Shown here: positions 8,617 to 18,897 of the stretch, in pieces
Layout of the letters: every line of letters begins with the position of its first letter
Position numbering within the stretch: position 1 is the stretch's first letter
NCBI RefSeq assembly: GCF_000012345.1
Contig: NC_007205.1
Location: 1,020,001 to 1,052,000, forward strand
From: Candidatus Pelagibacter ubique HTCC1062
Lineage (GTDB): Bacteria; Pseudomonadota; Alphaproteobacteria; Pelagibacterales; Pelagibacteraceae
DNA length: 32,000 nucleotides
Direction: 5' to 3'
Made by a program: the position numbers and the translations under genes
Notes under the pieces: generated by a model
What the model was told of the DNA's origin: nothing
Seen by the model: only the letters and a program-made list of their open reading frames with translations
Databases searched by the model: none

Positions 8617-9497
8617 TAGAGTAGATTTGCTGATACTAAAGCTTCTTTAACAATATCCTTAGTTGGGTCTGTAACTTTAACTAAAGGTAATCTAACCTCA
8701 TCATCACAAAGACCCAGAAGTTTTGCGGCATATTTAACAGGGCTTGGATTGCTTTCTATAAACATTGAGCTGTGAATGGGTTGTAAAATTTTATCTAATC
8801 TGATTGCTTCAAGCTTGCTTTCATTATTTTCTATTTTTGAGGCTTTTTGAAAATCAGAACATAACTTAGGAGCAATGTTAGCTGTTACACTTATAGAGCC
8901 TACCCCACCTCTGTTATTAAATTCTAAAGCGTTATCATCATTACCTGTTAGTTGAACAAAATCAGTTCCCATTTTATCTTTTTGTTGATTAACTCTATCT
9001 AGATCACCAGTTGCATCTTTAACACCAACAATATTTTTCAATTCAAATAATCTAGCCATTGTATCAACAGACATATCAATTACAGATCTTCCAGGAATAT
9101 TATAAATTATAATTGGTATCCCACATTTATCGTTTATTGCTTTATAATGTTGATATAAACCCTCTTGAGTTGGTTTGTTGTAATATGGAGTTACTATTAG
9201 AGCCGCATCTGCTCCCGCTTTTTCTGCATGAGTTGTTAAAGAAATTGCTTCTTTAGTCGAATTAGAGCCAGTGCCAGCAATAACTATATTTTTTCCATTG
9301 CTTTCTTTAACACATAAATCTATTACTTTTTGATGTTCATCATGGCTTAATGTTGGCGACTCACCTGTTGTCCCAGCAGGAACCAAGCCGTTTGTACCGT
9401 TTGATATTTGAAAATGAATTAGCTTAATATAAGCCTCAACATCTAGCTCATTATTCTTAAACGGGGTTATTAAAGCAACATTTGATCCTTTGAACAT
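8616..9497 (-). CDS. dapA: 4-hydroxy-tetrahydrodipicolinate synthase
   Basis: 293 aa. [26 protein letters not shown] and the Schiff-base lysine context VGVKDATGD. Confidence 0.93.
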
Positions 9498-9538
9498 AAA
9501 TACTTATAACATAGTTTAAAGATTCATTTAGTAAATTT

Positions 9539-11752
9539 ATGCCCAGAAAGATAATTTTTTTTATAAAATCACTATTATTAAGTTTGGTAATTATAGGGAA
9601 TATATTTGCTGCTGAAATATCAATAATTCCTTTAAAAAAACCTATTTTAGATGAAGAAGTTAAGAAGCAAAAGATATCTCAAGGGATCCTTAAACCTAAA
9701 CCTAAACCATCACAAAAAAAAGAAGAAGTCAAAATCGTAACAGTCAAAAAAAATAAAAAAAAAATTAATTTTCTCATTCCTAAAAGTAAGCCATTAATAG
9801 TTAAAAGTGAAAAATCTGTAGTTCAAAAAAGATCAAAATACTACAGCCAAAAAGACTATGATATTGCAAAAAAATCTATCCAGGCAATGGAAAAAAGTCA
9901 ATGGACAACTGCATTGAAAAATTCAAAAAATGCTAAAGATAAATCCATATATAATTTTATACAATGGAGACATTTATTAACAACAGGAAACCAAGCTACG
10001 TTTTATGACTACATGACTTTTATACAAAACAATAAACACTACCCAAGAATAAGTAGAATAAAATATTTAGCAGAACAAAAACTTTCAACGGATAAAATTT
10101 CTCCTAAAAAAATTATTAATTGGTTTGGAGTTGATGAGCCCTTAAGTGGCTATGGTATGCTGGTATTAGGTGAAAGCTTTATACAAACTGGAGATAATGA
10201 AAAAGGAATTGCTTTAATTAAGAGAGGCTGGATTACAGCAGAACTTTCTAGAGCTAGCATGAAATCTTTAAGTAAAAAATATAGAAAATATTTAGACTCA
10301 AAAGATTATATAAATAGAGCTGATTATTTAGCATGGGAAAATAAATATTGGGATTTAAAAAGAATGCTTCCTTATTTACCTAAAGATTATCAACTACTTT
10401 ATACAGCTAGACAAATTTTGATGAGTAAATCTTATGGTGTTGACCAGGCAATAAAAAATGTTCCACAAAAATTCAAAAATGATGCTGGTCTCAATCATGA
10501 TCGACTTAAATGGAGAAGAAAAAGAGGCAGAATTGATAGTTCACTTGAAATATTGTTTTCAATTAAAAATAATAAAGATTATCTAGTGAGACCAGATAAA
10601 TGGTGGGTTGAGAGAGCAATCATGACACGAGCTCTTATTTATAAAAATAAATATGAGACAGCTTATAAAGTTGCTAGCCAACACTCACTAGATAAAGGAT
10701 CAGAGTTTGCTGAGGCTGAATGGTTGAGTGGTTGGATTGCATTAAGTTTTTTAAATGACCCTATTTTAGCAGTTGACCATTTCAATAACTTTTATCAAAA
10801 CGTTAGCTACCCTATAAGTTTGGCAAGAGGCGCTTATTGGCTTGGTAGATCTTATGAAAAAATTGGTGATAAACGACAATCAGAAGATTGGTATCGTGAA
10901 GCAACAAAATATCTAACAACTTACTATGGTCAATTAGCCTTTTTAAAAATCAACCCTAGTCAAAATTTTGAACTTGAAGAACAAGCTGATGTTGAAGATG
11001 ACTATCGAAAATATTTTTACAATAAAGAGCTTGTAAAAATTACACATCTTTTAAATGAATTAAATAAAGATAAATATACCAAAAATATACTGAGACATTT
11101 GGCTAATGACAATATTGCAAGTGGAAGTGAGATTTTAGCAGCTGAGCTTGCTACAAATATATCAAGATACGATTTTGCGATCCAAATATCAAAGTTAGCC
11201 TCATATGAAAAAAGATTTCATAATACTTTTAATTATCCAATTATAAGTGTCCCCCAGTATGTTAATGGCAGAAAAATACCTGAAACAGCTTTTATACTTT
11301 CTCTTATAAGACAAGAAAGTGAATTTGACATGAGAGCAAACAGTCATGTTGGTGCACAAGGTTTAATGCAAATAATGCCCTATACGGCTAAGCTAGTTGC
11401 TAAACAAGCAAAACTTCCATATTCAAAATCAAGGTTAACTTCTGATCCTGAATATAATATTAATCTAGGCTCTCATTATATAGCTGGTTTAATTTTACAA
11501 TATGATGGTGCCTACCCTTTTGCTACCGCAGCATATAATGCCGGTCCTAAAAGAGTTAAACACTGGAAAAAAATAAACAAAGATCCTCAAAAAAAACAAA
11601 TTGATTTTGTAGACTGGGTTGAATTAATTCCATTTAAAGAAACTCGTAACTATGTTCAACGTGTTATGGAAAACTACAATGTTTACAGATATATCTTGGA
11701 AAAAAAGCCTATTAAAATTAAAGACTTTTTTAAAGATCAGCCTTTATTTTAA
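9539..11752 (+). CDS. slt: Soluble lytic murein transglycosylase (Slt70-like) with Lys/Pro-rich N-terminal extension
   Basis: 737 aa. Signal peptide (LLLSLVIIGNIFAAE), then a K/P-rich low-complexity stretch, a long helical region, and a C-terminal SLT catalytic domain (IRQESEFDMRANSHVGAQGLMQIMP, AAYNAGP). Confidence 0.85.
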   Translation: MPRKIIFFIKSLLLSLVIIGNIFAAEISIIPLKKPILDEEVKKQKISQGILKPKPKPSQKKEEVKIVTVKKNKKKINFLIPKSKPLIVKSEKSVVQKRSKYYSQKDYDIAKKSIQAMEKSQWTTALKNSKNAKDKSIYNFIQWRHLLTTGNQATFYDYMTFIQNNKHYPRISRIKYLAEQKLSTDKISPKKIINWFGVDEPLSGYGMLVLGESFIQTGDNEKGIALIKRGWITAELSRASMKSLSKKYRKYLDSKDYINRADYLAWENKYWDLKRMLPYLPKDYQLLYTARQILMSKSYGVDQAIKNVPQKFKNDAGLNHDRLKWRRKRGRIDSSLEILFSIKNNKDYLVRPDKWWVERAIMTRALIYKNKYETAYKVASQHSLDKGSEFAEAEWLSGWIALSFLNDPILAVDHFNNFYQNVSYPISLARGAYWLGRSYEKIGDKRQSEDWYREATKYLTTYYGQLAFLKINPSQNFELEEQADVEDDYRKYFYNKELVKITHLLNELNKDKYTKNILRHLANDNIASGSEILAAELATNISRYDFAIQISKLASYEKRFHNTFNYPIISVPQYVNGRKIPETAFILSLIRQESEFDMRANSHVGAQGLMQIMPYTAKLVAKQAKLPYSKSRLTSDPEYNINLGSHYIAGLILQYDGAYPFATAAYNAGPKRVKHWKKINKDPQKKQIDFVDWVELIPFKETRNYVQRVMENYNVYRYILEKKPIKIKDFFKDQPLF

Positions 11753-11844
11753 TGGCGGAAGAGGAGGGATTCGAACCCTCGGTACAAGTTTCCCCGCACG
11801 GTCATTTAGCAAACGACTGGTTTCAGCCTCTCACCCACTCTTCC
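11753..11844 (-). tRNA. tRNA-Ser (anticodon GCU), type II with long variable arm, CCA encoded
   Basis: Reverse complement folds by hand as a cloverleaf. Acceptor GGAAGAG/CTCTTCC, D stem GGT/ACC, anticodon stem GTCGT/ATGAC with loop TTGCTAA (GCT), an extra arm of about 20 nt, T arm GAGGG-TTCGAAT-CCCTC, discriminator G plus CCA. 92 nt. Confidence 0.9.
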
Positions 11845-11870
11845 ACTGCGACATTGATATAACCGATTGT

Positions 11871-11884
11871 ATTGAATATTCAAT
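11871..11884. promoter_or_regulatory. Perfect 14-bp palindrome ATTGAATATTCAAT in the divergent tRNA-Ser/soxB control region (candidate operator)
   Basis: Read directly from the sequence. Its right half plus flank (TATTCAATATT, 11877-11887) recurs at 11925-11935, just inside soxB. The AT-rich background makes a chance palindrome plausible. Confidence 0.25.
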
Positions 11885-11912
11885 ATTTATAAAGTAATTC
11901 TTGAATAATATT

Positions 11913-13166
11913 ATGAAAAATAAGTATTCAATATTCTCATTAGTCAAAAATGCTTTTTCCTATCATGAAAATTGGCAAAAAGCCTGGAAAGATCCCACTG
12001 TAAAAAAAGAATATGATGCAGTTATTATTGGTGGTGGTGGTCATGGTTTGGCAACTGCTTACTATTTAGCAAAAAAACATAATATGACAAATATTGCGGT
12101 AGTAGAAAAAGGCTGGATTGGTGGTGGTAATACAGGAAGAAATACTACGATTATAAGATCTAATTATTTATGGGATGCTAGTGCTGGTCTTTATGATCAT
12201 GCTTTAAAATTGTGGGAAGGTTTATCTCAAGAAATAAATTACAATGTAATGTTTAGTCAAAGAGGTGTGATGAATCTTGCACATAACTTACAGGATGTTA
12301 GAGATTTAAAAAGACGAACACATGCTAATAGATTAAATGGCATAGACGCAGTTTACTTAAGCACAGAAGAAGTCAAAAAATTTTGCCCTATTATTAATAC
12401 CTCACAAGATATTCGATATCCTGTACTGGGTGGAACTTTACAAAGAAGAGCTGGTACCGCAAGGCATGATGCTGTTGCTTGGGGGTATGCTAGAGGTGCA
12501 GATGAAATGGGTGTAGATATAATTCAAAATTGTGAAGTTAAAGGAATTAAAAGAAATGGTGATGAAGTAGAAGGTATTGAAACAACCAAAGGTTTTATAA
12601 AAACTAAAAAAGTTGGAGTAGTTGCTGCTGGTCATTCAAGTGTGCTAGCAAACATGGCAGGTTTAAGATTACCTTTAGAAAGTAAACCTCTTCAAGCTCT
12701 AGTTTCAGAACCAGTTAAACCTATTATTGATACAGTAGTGATGTCTAACGCTGTACATGCATATGTTAGTCAGTCTGACAAAGGTGAGCTAGTAATAGGT
12801 GCAGGCACTGATGATTATGTTTCTTATTCACAAAAAGGTAGTCACGATATTGTTGAGGGAACATTAAATGCAATCTTAGAACTTTATCCAATTTTTAGTA
12901 GAATGAGAATGCTTCGACAATGGGGTGGAATTGTAGATATCTGCCCAGATGCTAGTCCTATTATTAGTAAAACGACGATAAAAGGTTTGTACTTTAATTG
13001 TGGCTGGGGAACTGGTGGATTTAAAGCAACACCTGGATCAGGTGATTTATTTGCTCACACAATCGCAAATGATGAACCACACAAACTAAATGCTGCATTT
13101 AATTTAAATAGGTTTATCAGTGGAGACCTTGTTGATGAACATGGTGCAGCGGCGGTAGCTCATTAA
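11913..13166 (+). CDS. soxB: Sarcosine oxidase, beta subunit (heterotetrameric TSOX)
   Basis: FAD fold [34 protein letters not shown] and C-terminal [10 protein letters not shown] are typical of SoxB. The ORF track starts at TTG 11901; I prefer ATG 11913 (MKNKYS...). Confidence 0.92.
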   Translation: MKNKYSIFSLVKNAFSYHENWQKAWKDPTVKKEYDAVIIGGGGHGLATAYYLAKKHNMTNIAVVEKGWIGGGNTGRNTTIIRSNYLWDASAGLYDHALKLWEGLSQEINYNVMFSQRGVMNLAHNLQDVRDLKRRTHANRLNGIDAVYLSTEEVKKFCPIINTSQDIRYPVLGGTLQRRAGTARHDAVAWGYARGADEMGVDIIQNCEVKGIKRNGDEVEGIETTKGFIKTKKVGVVAAGHSSVLANMAGLRLPLESKPLQALVSEPVKPIIDTVVMSNAVHAYVSQSDKGELVIGAGTDDYVSYSQKGSHDIVEGTLNAILELYPIFSRMRMLRQWGGIVDICPDASPIISKTTIKGLYFNCGWGTGGFKATPGSGDLFAHTIANDEPHKLNAAFNLNRFISGDLVDEHGAAAVAH

Positions 13167-13441
13167 TGTTTTTAATTACTTGTCCTTTTTGTGGTGAACG
13201 AGAACAAAGTGAATTTAAAGCTGGTGGTGAAGCTCACATTGAAAGACCTAAACAACCCACAGAATTAAGTGATGATGAATGGGCAGAATACTTATTTATG
13301 AGAAAAAACATTAAAGGAATTCAATTTGAAAGATGGAACCATGCTCACGGATGTAGAAAGTGGTTTAACATGGTGAGGGATACTTCAAATGACCAAATTA
13401 AAGCTGTTTATAAAATGGGTGAAAAACCTCCTATAAAATAA
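13166..13441 (+). CDS. soxD: Sarcosine oxidase, delta subunit
   Basis: 91 aa. CPFCGEREQSEF...HAHGCRKWF is the Cys3His zinc motif of SoxD. 1-nt overlap with soxB. Confidence 0.9.
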   Translation: MFLITCPFCGEREQSEFKAGGEAHIERPKQPTELSDDEWAEYLFMRKNIKGIQFERWNHAHGCRKWFNMVRDTSNDQIKAVYKMGEKPPIK

Positions 13442-13445
13442 TTTA

Positions 13446-16400
13446 ATGCTAAAAAATTTAAGAGTTACAACTAGTAAATATATTGATGAAACTTCCAGAG
13501 TTTCTTTTAAATTCAATGGAAAATCTTATTTTGGATACAAAGGTGATACCCTTGCCTCAGCTTTGCTAGCTAATGGTATTCATTTAGTAGGAAGAAGTTT
13601 TAAATATCATAGGCCACGAGGAATAATGACTTCAGGATCTGAAGAGCCTAATGCAATTGTACAGGTTAATAACAACACAGCACTAACAGAACCCAATGTT
13701 AGAGCAACCGAACTAGAAATCTATCATGGGCTTGAGGCAAACAGTCAAAATTGTTGGCCTAGTGTTAACTTTGATATTGGAGGTATAAATAATTTCTTAT
13801 CCCCACTTCTGCCTGCTGGTTTTTATTATAAAACATTTATGTGGCCTGCTAATTTTTGGGAAAAGTATGAATATGTTATAAGACATTCAGCAGGACTAGG
13901 AAAATCTCCAACAGTGCCTGATCCTGACATATATGATCATAAATACATTCACTGTGATGTTTTGGTTATCGGAGCTGGCATTAGTGGAATTATAGCTGCA
14001 AAAACTGCAGCAAAAAATAATCTTAAAACATTATTACTTGATGAAAAAAATGAAATCGGAGGATCTACAATTTTCCAAAATTCAGATCATATAAAAATAA
14101 ACGATCAAAATTCTTCTGTTTGGTTAGAAAATGAAATTAATGAATTAAGAAATATTGAAAACCTAGAAATTAAAACAAGAACTAGTGTTGCTGCTTATCA
14201 TGGATATAACTATTTATTAGCTAGAGAAAATTTAACTGATCACCTTCCTAAAAATGAAAAAAATAAAAAAGTAAGACAAAGATTATTAAAAATTAGAGCT
14301 AAAAAAGTTATTGTTGCTACTGGTTCTTTAGAGCGACCTCTGGTATTTAATAATAACGATAGACCTGGTATTATGCTTTCATCTGCAGTTAAAAAGTATG
14401 CAGATTATTATGGTGTTGCAACTGGTCAAAAAAATATATTTCTTACTAATAATGACACAGCTTATGAAAGTGCAATTTCATTACAAAAAAAAGGTATTAA
14501 AGTTGAAGCAATCATAGATATTAGAAAGCAATCTAAAACTGCATTTACTAAAGAAGCTGACGATTTAGGGATTAAAGTTTATAGATCACACACAGTTGTA
14601 AATACTGAGGGTTATAAAAGAATTAATAAAATTACAATAATGGAATTGTCAGAAGATGGTCAATCTTTTGCAAATCCAGAAAAAATAGAACTTGATTGTG
14701 ATTGCCTAGCAATTGCAGGTGGATGGACGCCAGCCGTTCATTTGTTTACTCAATCAGGAGGTAAATTAAAATTTAGAGAAAAAGATCAAGTATTTATTCC
14801 TGATATATATTCATCAGCTCAAATTAGCATTGGTTCTTGTAATGGTGATTTTGATTTAGATGATGTTATAAAAAATTCTACAAAATCTTTAAAAGAATTT
14901 TTAAATATAAATGAAACTGAATTTGACAATTTAGAAATAAATTGTCCTAAAGATAATAAGATTAGAAATATTTGGCTACTTCCATCCGATAAAGTTTTAG
15001 GAAAAACAAAACCTTTCGTAGATTATCAAAATGATGCAACTGCAAAAGATATTAAACTTGCTCTAAGAGAAGGTTTTAGATCGATTGAACATGTAAAAAG
15101 ATATACAACAACTGGAATGGGTACCGATCAAGGAAAGCTTGGTAATATGCATGCCCTTGGTATTATTGCAGAAACTGCTGGTGTTAAGATGGGTGAGCTT
15201 GGAACTACAACGTTTAGACCTCCTTACACTCCATTAACATTTGGAACAATTGTTGGACGAAATGTTGGTGAATATTTTGATACATTTAGAAGAACGCCAA
15301 TGAATGACTGGCACATAGAAAATAAAGCTGAATTTGAAAATGTTGGTCAGTGGAAAAGAGCTTGGTACTATCCAAAAAATAATGAAACAATGCATGAGGC
15401 CGTTCAAAGGGAAAGTAAAGCTGCAAGAAATAGCGCTGGTATATTAGATGCTTCAACTCTTGGTAAAATTGATATTCAAGGAACGGATGCTTCAGAATTT
15501 TTAAACAGAGTTTATACAAATGCTTGGTCAAAACTTGCCATTGGAAAATGTCGTTATGGTTTAATGCTTAATGAAGATGGTATGGTTTACGATGATGGGG
15601 TCACAACTAGACTTGATGAAAATCATTATATTATGACCACAACAACAGGTGGTGCTGCAAACGTATTAGGAAAACTAGAAGATTACCTACAAACTGAATG
15701 GCCTGAACTAGATGTGTATTTGTCATCTGTAACGGATCATTATGCAACAGCTAGCATCTGTGGGCCTAATAGTAAAAAAATTCTTAATAAATTAATACCT
15801 GATCTTGATCTTTCAGATGAAAGCTTTCCACACATGTCATTCAAAAATACAAAAATTGGCAATATTAAATGTAGAATTATGCGTATTAGTTTTACTGGTG
15901 AACATAGTTATGAAATTAATATCCAAGCTAACTATGGTGAAGACTTATGGAAAAAATGCATGGAAGCAGGTAAAGAATTTAACATCACTCCTTATGGCAC
16001 TGAGACAATGCACTTATTAAGAGCAGAAAAAGGATTTATTATTGTTGGCCAAGATACGGATGCAACGATGACACCTATAGATTTACAGATGGATTGGATT
16101 GTTAGTAAAAAGAAATATGACTTTATTGGTAAAAGATCTCTTTATAGATCTGACACCATGAAAGAAGATAGAAAACAATTAGTAGGTTTACTGACAGATA
16201 ATCCAAGTGAAGTTTTAGAAGAAGGAGCTCAAATAGTTGCTGACACTAGTTTAAAACCAGTTGAAATGCTAGGTCATGTAACTTCAAGTTACTATAGCCC
16301 TAATTTAAATAAATCAATTGCCCTAGCAGTAGTTAGAGGTGGAAAAAATATGCTAGGTCAAAAATTATTTATCCCAATGGAAAATAAAAATATTAATGTG

Positions 16401-16454
16401 ACGATTGTTGATCCTGTTTTTTTTGACAAAGAAAATTTGAGGTTAAATGCTTAA
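13446..16454 (+). CDS. soxA: Sarcosine oxidase, alpha subunit
   Basis: 1002 aa. Dinucleotide fold VLVIGAGISGIIAA and a C-terminal GcvT-like folate-binding domain (GILDASTLGKIDIQG...). Size and position match SoxA. Confidence 0.92.
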   Translation: MLKNLRVTTSKYIDETSRVSFKFNGKSYFGYKGDTLASALLANGIHLVGRSFKYHRPRGIMTSGSEEPNAIVQVNNNTALTEPNVRATELEIYHGLEANSQNCWPSVNFDIGGINNFLSPLLPAGFYYKTFMWPANFWEKYEYVIRHSAGLGKSPTVPDPDIYDHKYIHCDVLVIGAGISGIIAAKTAAKNNLKTLLLDEKNEIGGSTIFQNSDHIKINDQNSSVWLENEINELRNIENLEIKTRTSVAAYHGYNYLLARENLTDHLPKNEKNKKVRQRLLKIRAKKVIVATGSLERPLVFNNNDRPGIMLSSAVKKYADYYGVATGQKNIFLTNNDTAYESAISLQKKGIKVEAIIDIRKQSKTAFTKEADDLGIKVYRSHTVVNTEGYKRINKITIMELSEDGQSFANPEKIELDCDCLAIAGGWTPAVHLFTQSGGKLKFREKDQVFIPDIYSSAQISIGSCNGDFDLDDVIKNSTKSLKEFLNINETEFDNLEINCPKDNKIRNIWLLPSDKVLGKTKPFVDYQNDATAKDIKLALREGFRSIEHVKRYTTTGMGTDQGKLGNMHALGIIAETAGVKMGELGTTTFRPPYTPLTFGTIVGRNVGEYFDTFRRTPMNDWHIENKAEFENVGQWKRAWYYPKNNETMHEAVQRESKAARNSAGILDASTLGKIDIQGTDASEFLNRVYTNAWSKLAIGKCRYGLMLNEDGMVYDDGVTTRLDENHYIMTTTTGGAANVLGKLEDYLQTEWPELDVYLSSVTDHYATASICGPNSKKILNKLIPDLDLSDESFPHMSFKNTKIGNIKCRIMRISFTGEHSYEINIQANYGEDLWKKCMEAGKEFNITPYGTETMHLLRAEKGFIIVGQDTDATMTPIDLQMDWIVSKKKYDFIGKRSLYRSDTMKEDRKQLVGLLTDNPSEVLEEGAQIVADTSLKPVEMLGHVTSSYYSPNLNKSIALAVVRGGKNMLGQKLFIPMENKNINVTIVDPVFFDKENLRLNA

Positions 16455-17010
16455 TTATAAAACTTCTATTAAAGGGGATATAACATATTCTGATTTAGAA
16501 ATTAAAGAAATCAAACCTATTATGAAATTAATCATAAGAGGTAAAACAAAAGATTTTATTACTGCAGTAGGTAAAAATCTTAATATGGTTTTACCCACTG
16601 AGGCTAATACGTCTACATCAGCAGAGAAATTAACTGCATTTTGGTTAAGTCCCGATGAATGGATGTTAATATCAAATGAAACTGTGAGTGAGGAAAGTAA
16701 CACTTATCAAGTTGAAGATGAATTAATTAAAAATATATCTAAAGTTAAATTGGGCGCTGTAACTGATGTTAGCGACCAATTTGTAATGTTAAATATCAAA
16801 GGTGGTAAGGTTTTTGATTTATTTGCTACAGGTTCCCCTTTCAATTTTAATGATTTTAAAACAAAAAAAGGACCAGTTGTTCAAACAATATTATCTCATA
16901 TTGATGTAATTATTCATCATAAAGAGATTAATGAGGTAAATTTATTTGTTAGAAGGTCTTTTTCTGAGCATTTACACTCTTGGTTGAGTGATAGTGCGTC
17001 AAGGTTATAA
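16447..17010 (+). CDS. soxG: Sarcosine oxidase, gamma subunit
   Basis: 187 aa. Fourth gene in the canonical B-D-A-G order, with an 8-nt overlap with soxA. Weakly conserved family, so the call rests mainly on context and size. Confidence 0.75.
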   Translation: MLNYKTSIKGDITYSDLEIKEIKPIMKLIIRGKTKDFITAVGKNLNMVLPTEANTSTSAEKLTAFWLSPDEWMLISNETVSEESNTYQVEDELIKNISKVKLGAVTDVSDQFVMLNIKGGKVFDLFATGSPFNFNDFKTKKGPVVQTILSHIDVIIHHKEINEVNLFVRRSFSEHLHSWLSDSASRL

Positions 17011-17025
17011 GCTTATATTTATTAA

Positions 17026-17814
<789 letters not shown>

Positions 17815-17854
17815 AAAATTAGATATTAATCTCTAATTCATTATAACTTTAAGA

Positions 17855-18595
17855 GTGAAAAATTTACTTTTTTTACTTTTAATTTTACCCCTTACCTCTT
17901 GTAGTGGTCAGGAATTGGGTTGGTTTATTCTATCACCTAACAATGTTGAAGGTTTAACAAACCTAAAATTTTTATTAAGTGGTTTAACTACAACTATTTA
18001 TATTTCAGTAGTATCTATAATTATATCTGCAATTTTAGGGTTTATCGTTGCAATTCCTTCTTTAGCTAAGAATAAATTTTTAACATACATAAATATTGGA
18101 TATGTGGAAATTGTAAGAGCAATACCGTTACTTGTTTTAATATTATGGATTTATTATGGTTTACCTATAATGACTGGATTAAGTTTCAGTCCATTTGTGT
18201 CTGGAATAATTGCGCTGGCAATAAGTGAAAGTGCTTTTCAAGCAGAAATTTTTAGAGCAGGAATAAACTCAATTAAAAAATCACAATGGGAAGCAGGCTC
18301 ATCACTGGGTTTAACTTTTTATAAAAGGTTAAGATTAGTAATTCTTCCACAAGCAATTAAAAATATCCTTCCTGCATTAGGCAACCAGTTTGTATATGTA
18401 TTAAAAATGTCTTCATTGGTATCAATTATAGGTATTGGTGACTTAACAAGAAAAGCAAATGAATTAGTTGTGTCAACCTATAGACCATTAGAAATTTATA
18501 CATTTTTAATCTTGGAATATTTAATTTTGATATTAATTGTTTCTTTCATAGTAAGAAAATTTGAAAAAAAACTTAAACAAGATGGTAATAATTAA
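17855..18595 (+). CDS. ABC transporter permease, polar amino acid (His/Glu/Gln/Arg/opine) type
   Basis: 246 aa, multi-TM. EAA-type loop (SQWEAGSSLGLTFYKRLRLVILPQAIKNILPALGNQF). Start uncertain: GTG 17855 (gives a lipobox-like LTSC) or TTG 17915. Confidence 0.85.
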   Translation: MKNLLFLLLILPLTSCSGQELGWFILSPNNVEGLTNLKFLLSGLTTTIYISVVSIIISAILGFIVAIPSLAKNKFLTYINIGYVEIVRAIPLLVLILWIYYGLPIMTGLSFSPFVSGIIALAISESAFQAEIFRAGINSIKKSQWEAGSSLGLTFYKRLRLVILPQAIKNILPALGNQFVYVLKMSSLVSIIGIGDLTRKANELVVSTYRPLEIYTFLILEYLILILIVSFIVRKFEKKLKQDGNN

Positions 18596-18858
18596 TGAGT
18601 AATTTAGACTATGATGTTGAACTAAATGATGGTGTTATTACTTTTAAAAACATTAATACTACACTTGGTTTTGTTCGGTATAATGAGACAGCCGAAGTGG
18701 AGTATATTTTTGTTAACCCCATGTTTAGACGTCAAGGACTTGCTAAAAAACTATTAAGTATCGTTGAGGAAAAAACTAAAATCAAACCCACACCTCAAGA
18801 CCCAATCAGTCCTTTAGGTGAAAAGCTCTTTAAAATTAATAAACAAGAGATTAACTAG
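18595..18858 (+). CDS. Mini GNAT-like protein (YjdJ-like single-domain acetyltransferase fold), function unknown
   Basis: 87 aa. EVEYIFVNPMFRRQGLAKKLLSIVEE resembles the acetyl-CoA-binding motif A (R/Q-x-x-G-x-A/G) of GNATs. Size and layout resemble the roughly 90-aa YjdJ-type family. TAATG overlap with the permease stop. Confidence 0.45.
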   Translation: MSNLDYDVELNDGVITFKNINTTLGFVRYNETAEVEYIFVNPMFRRQGLAKKLLSIVEEKTKIKPTPQDPISPLGEKLFKINKQEIN

Positions 18859-18897
18859 AATTTTGGAGCACCTGTTAACAGAACTACCCTATTAGCT

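Noticed and set aside
11652-11897. 81-aa plus-strand ORF spanning the end of slt and the following region
   Set aside because: It is read straight through the minus-strand tRNA-Ser gene (11753-11844), and its first third lies out of frame inside slt. The tRNA explains the sequence, so the ORF is spurious.
17826-17843. Short inverted repeat TTAGA-N8-TCTAA between the SBP and permease genes, as a possible attenuator giving SBP excess
   Set aside because: Only a 5-bp AT-rich stem. Thermodynamically negligible and expected by chance in this composition.
18872-18881. 10-bp palindrome CTGTTAACAG between the convergent mini-GNAT and nuclease genes, as a possible bidirectional terminator
   Set aside because: The stem would be at most 3-4 bp with a minimal loop, and there is no flanking T/A tract. 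That is too weak for an intrinsic terminator.
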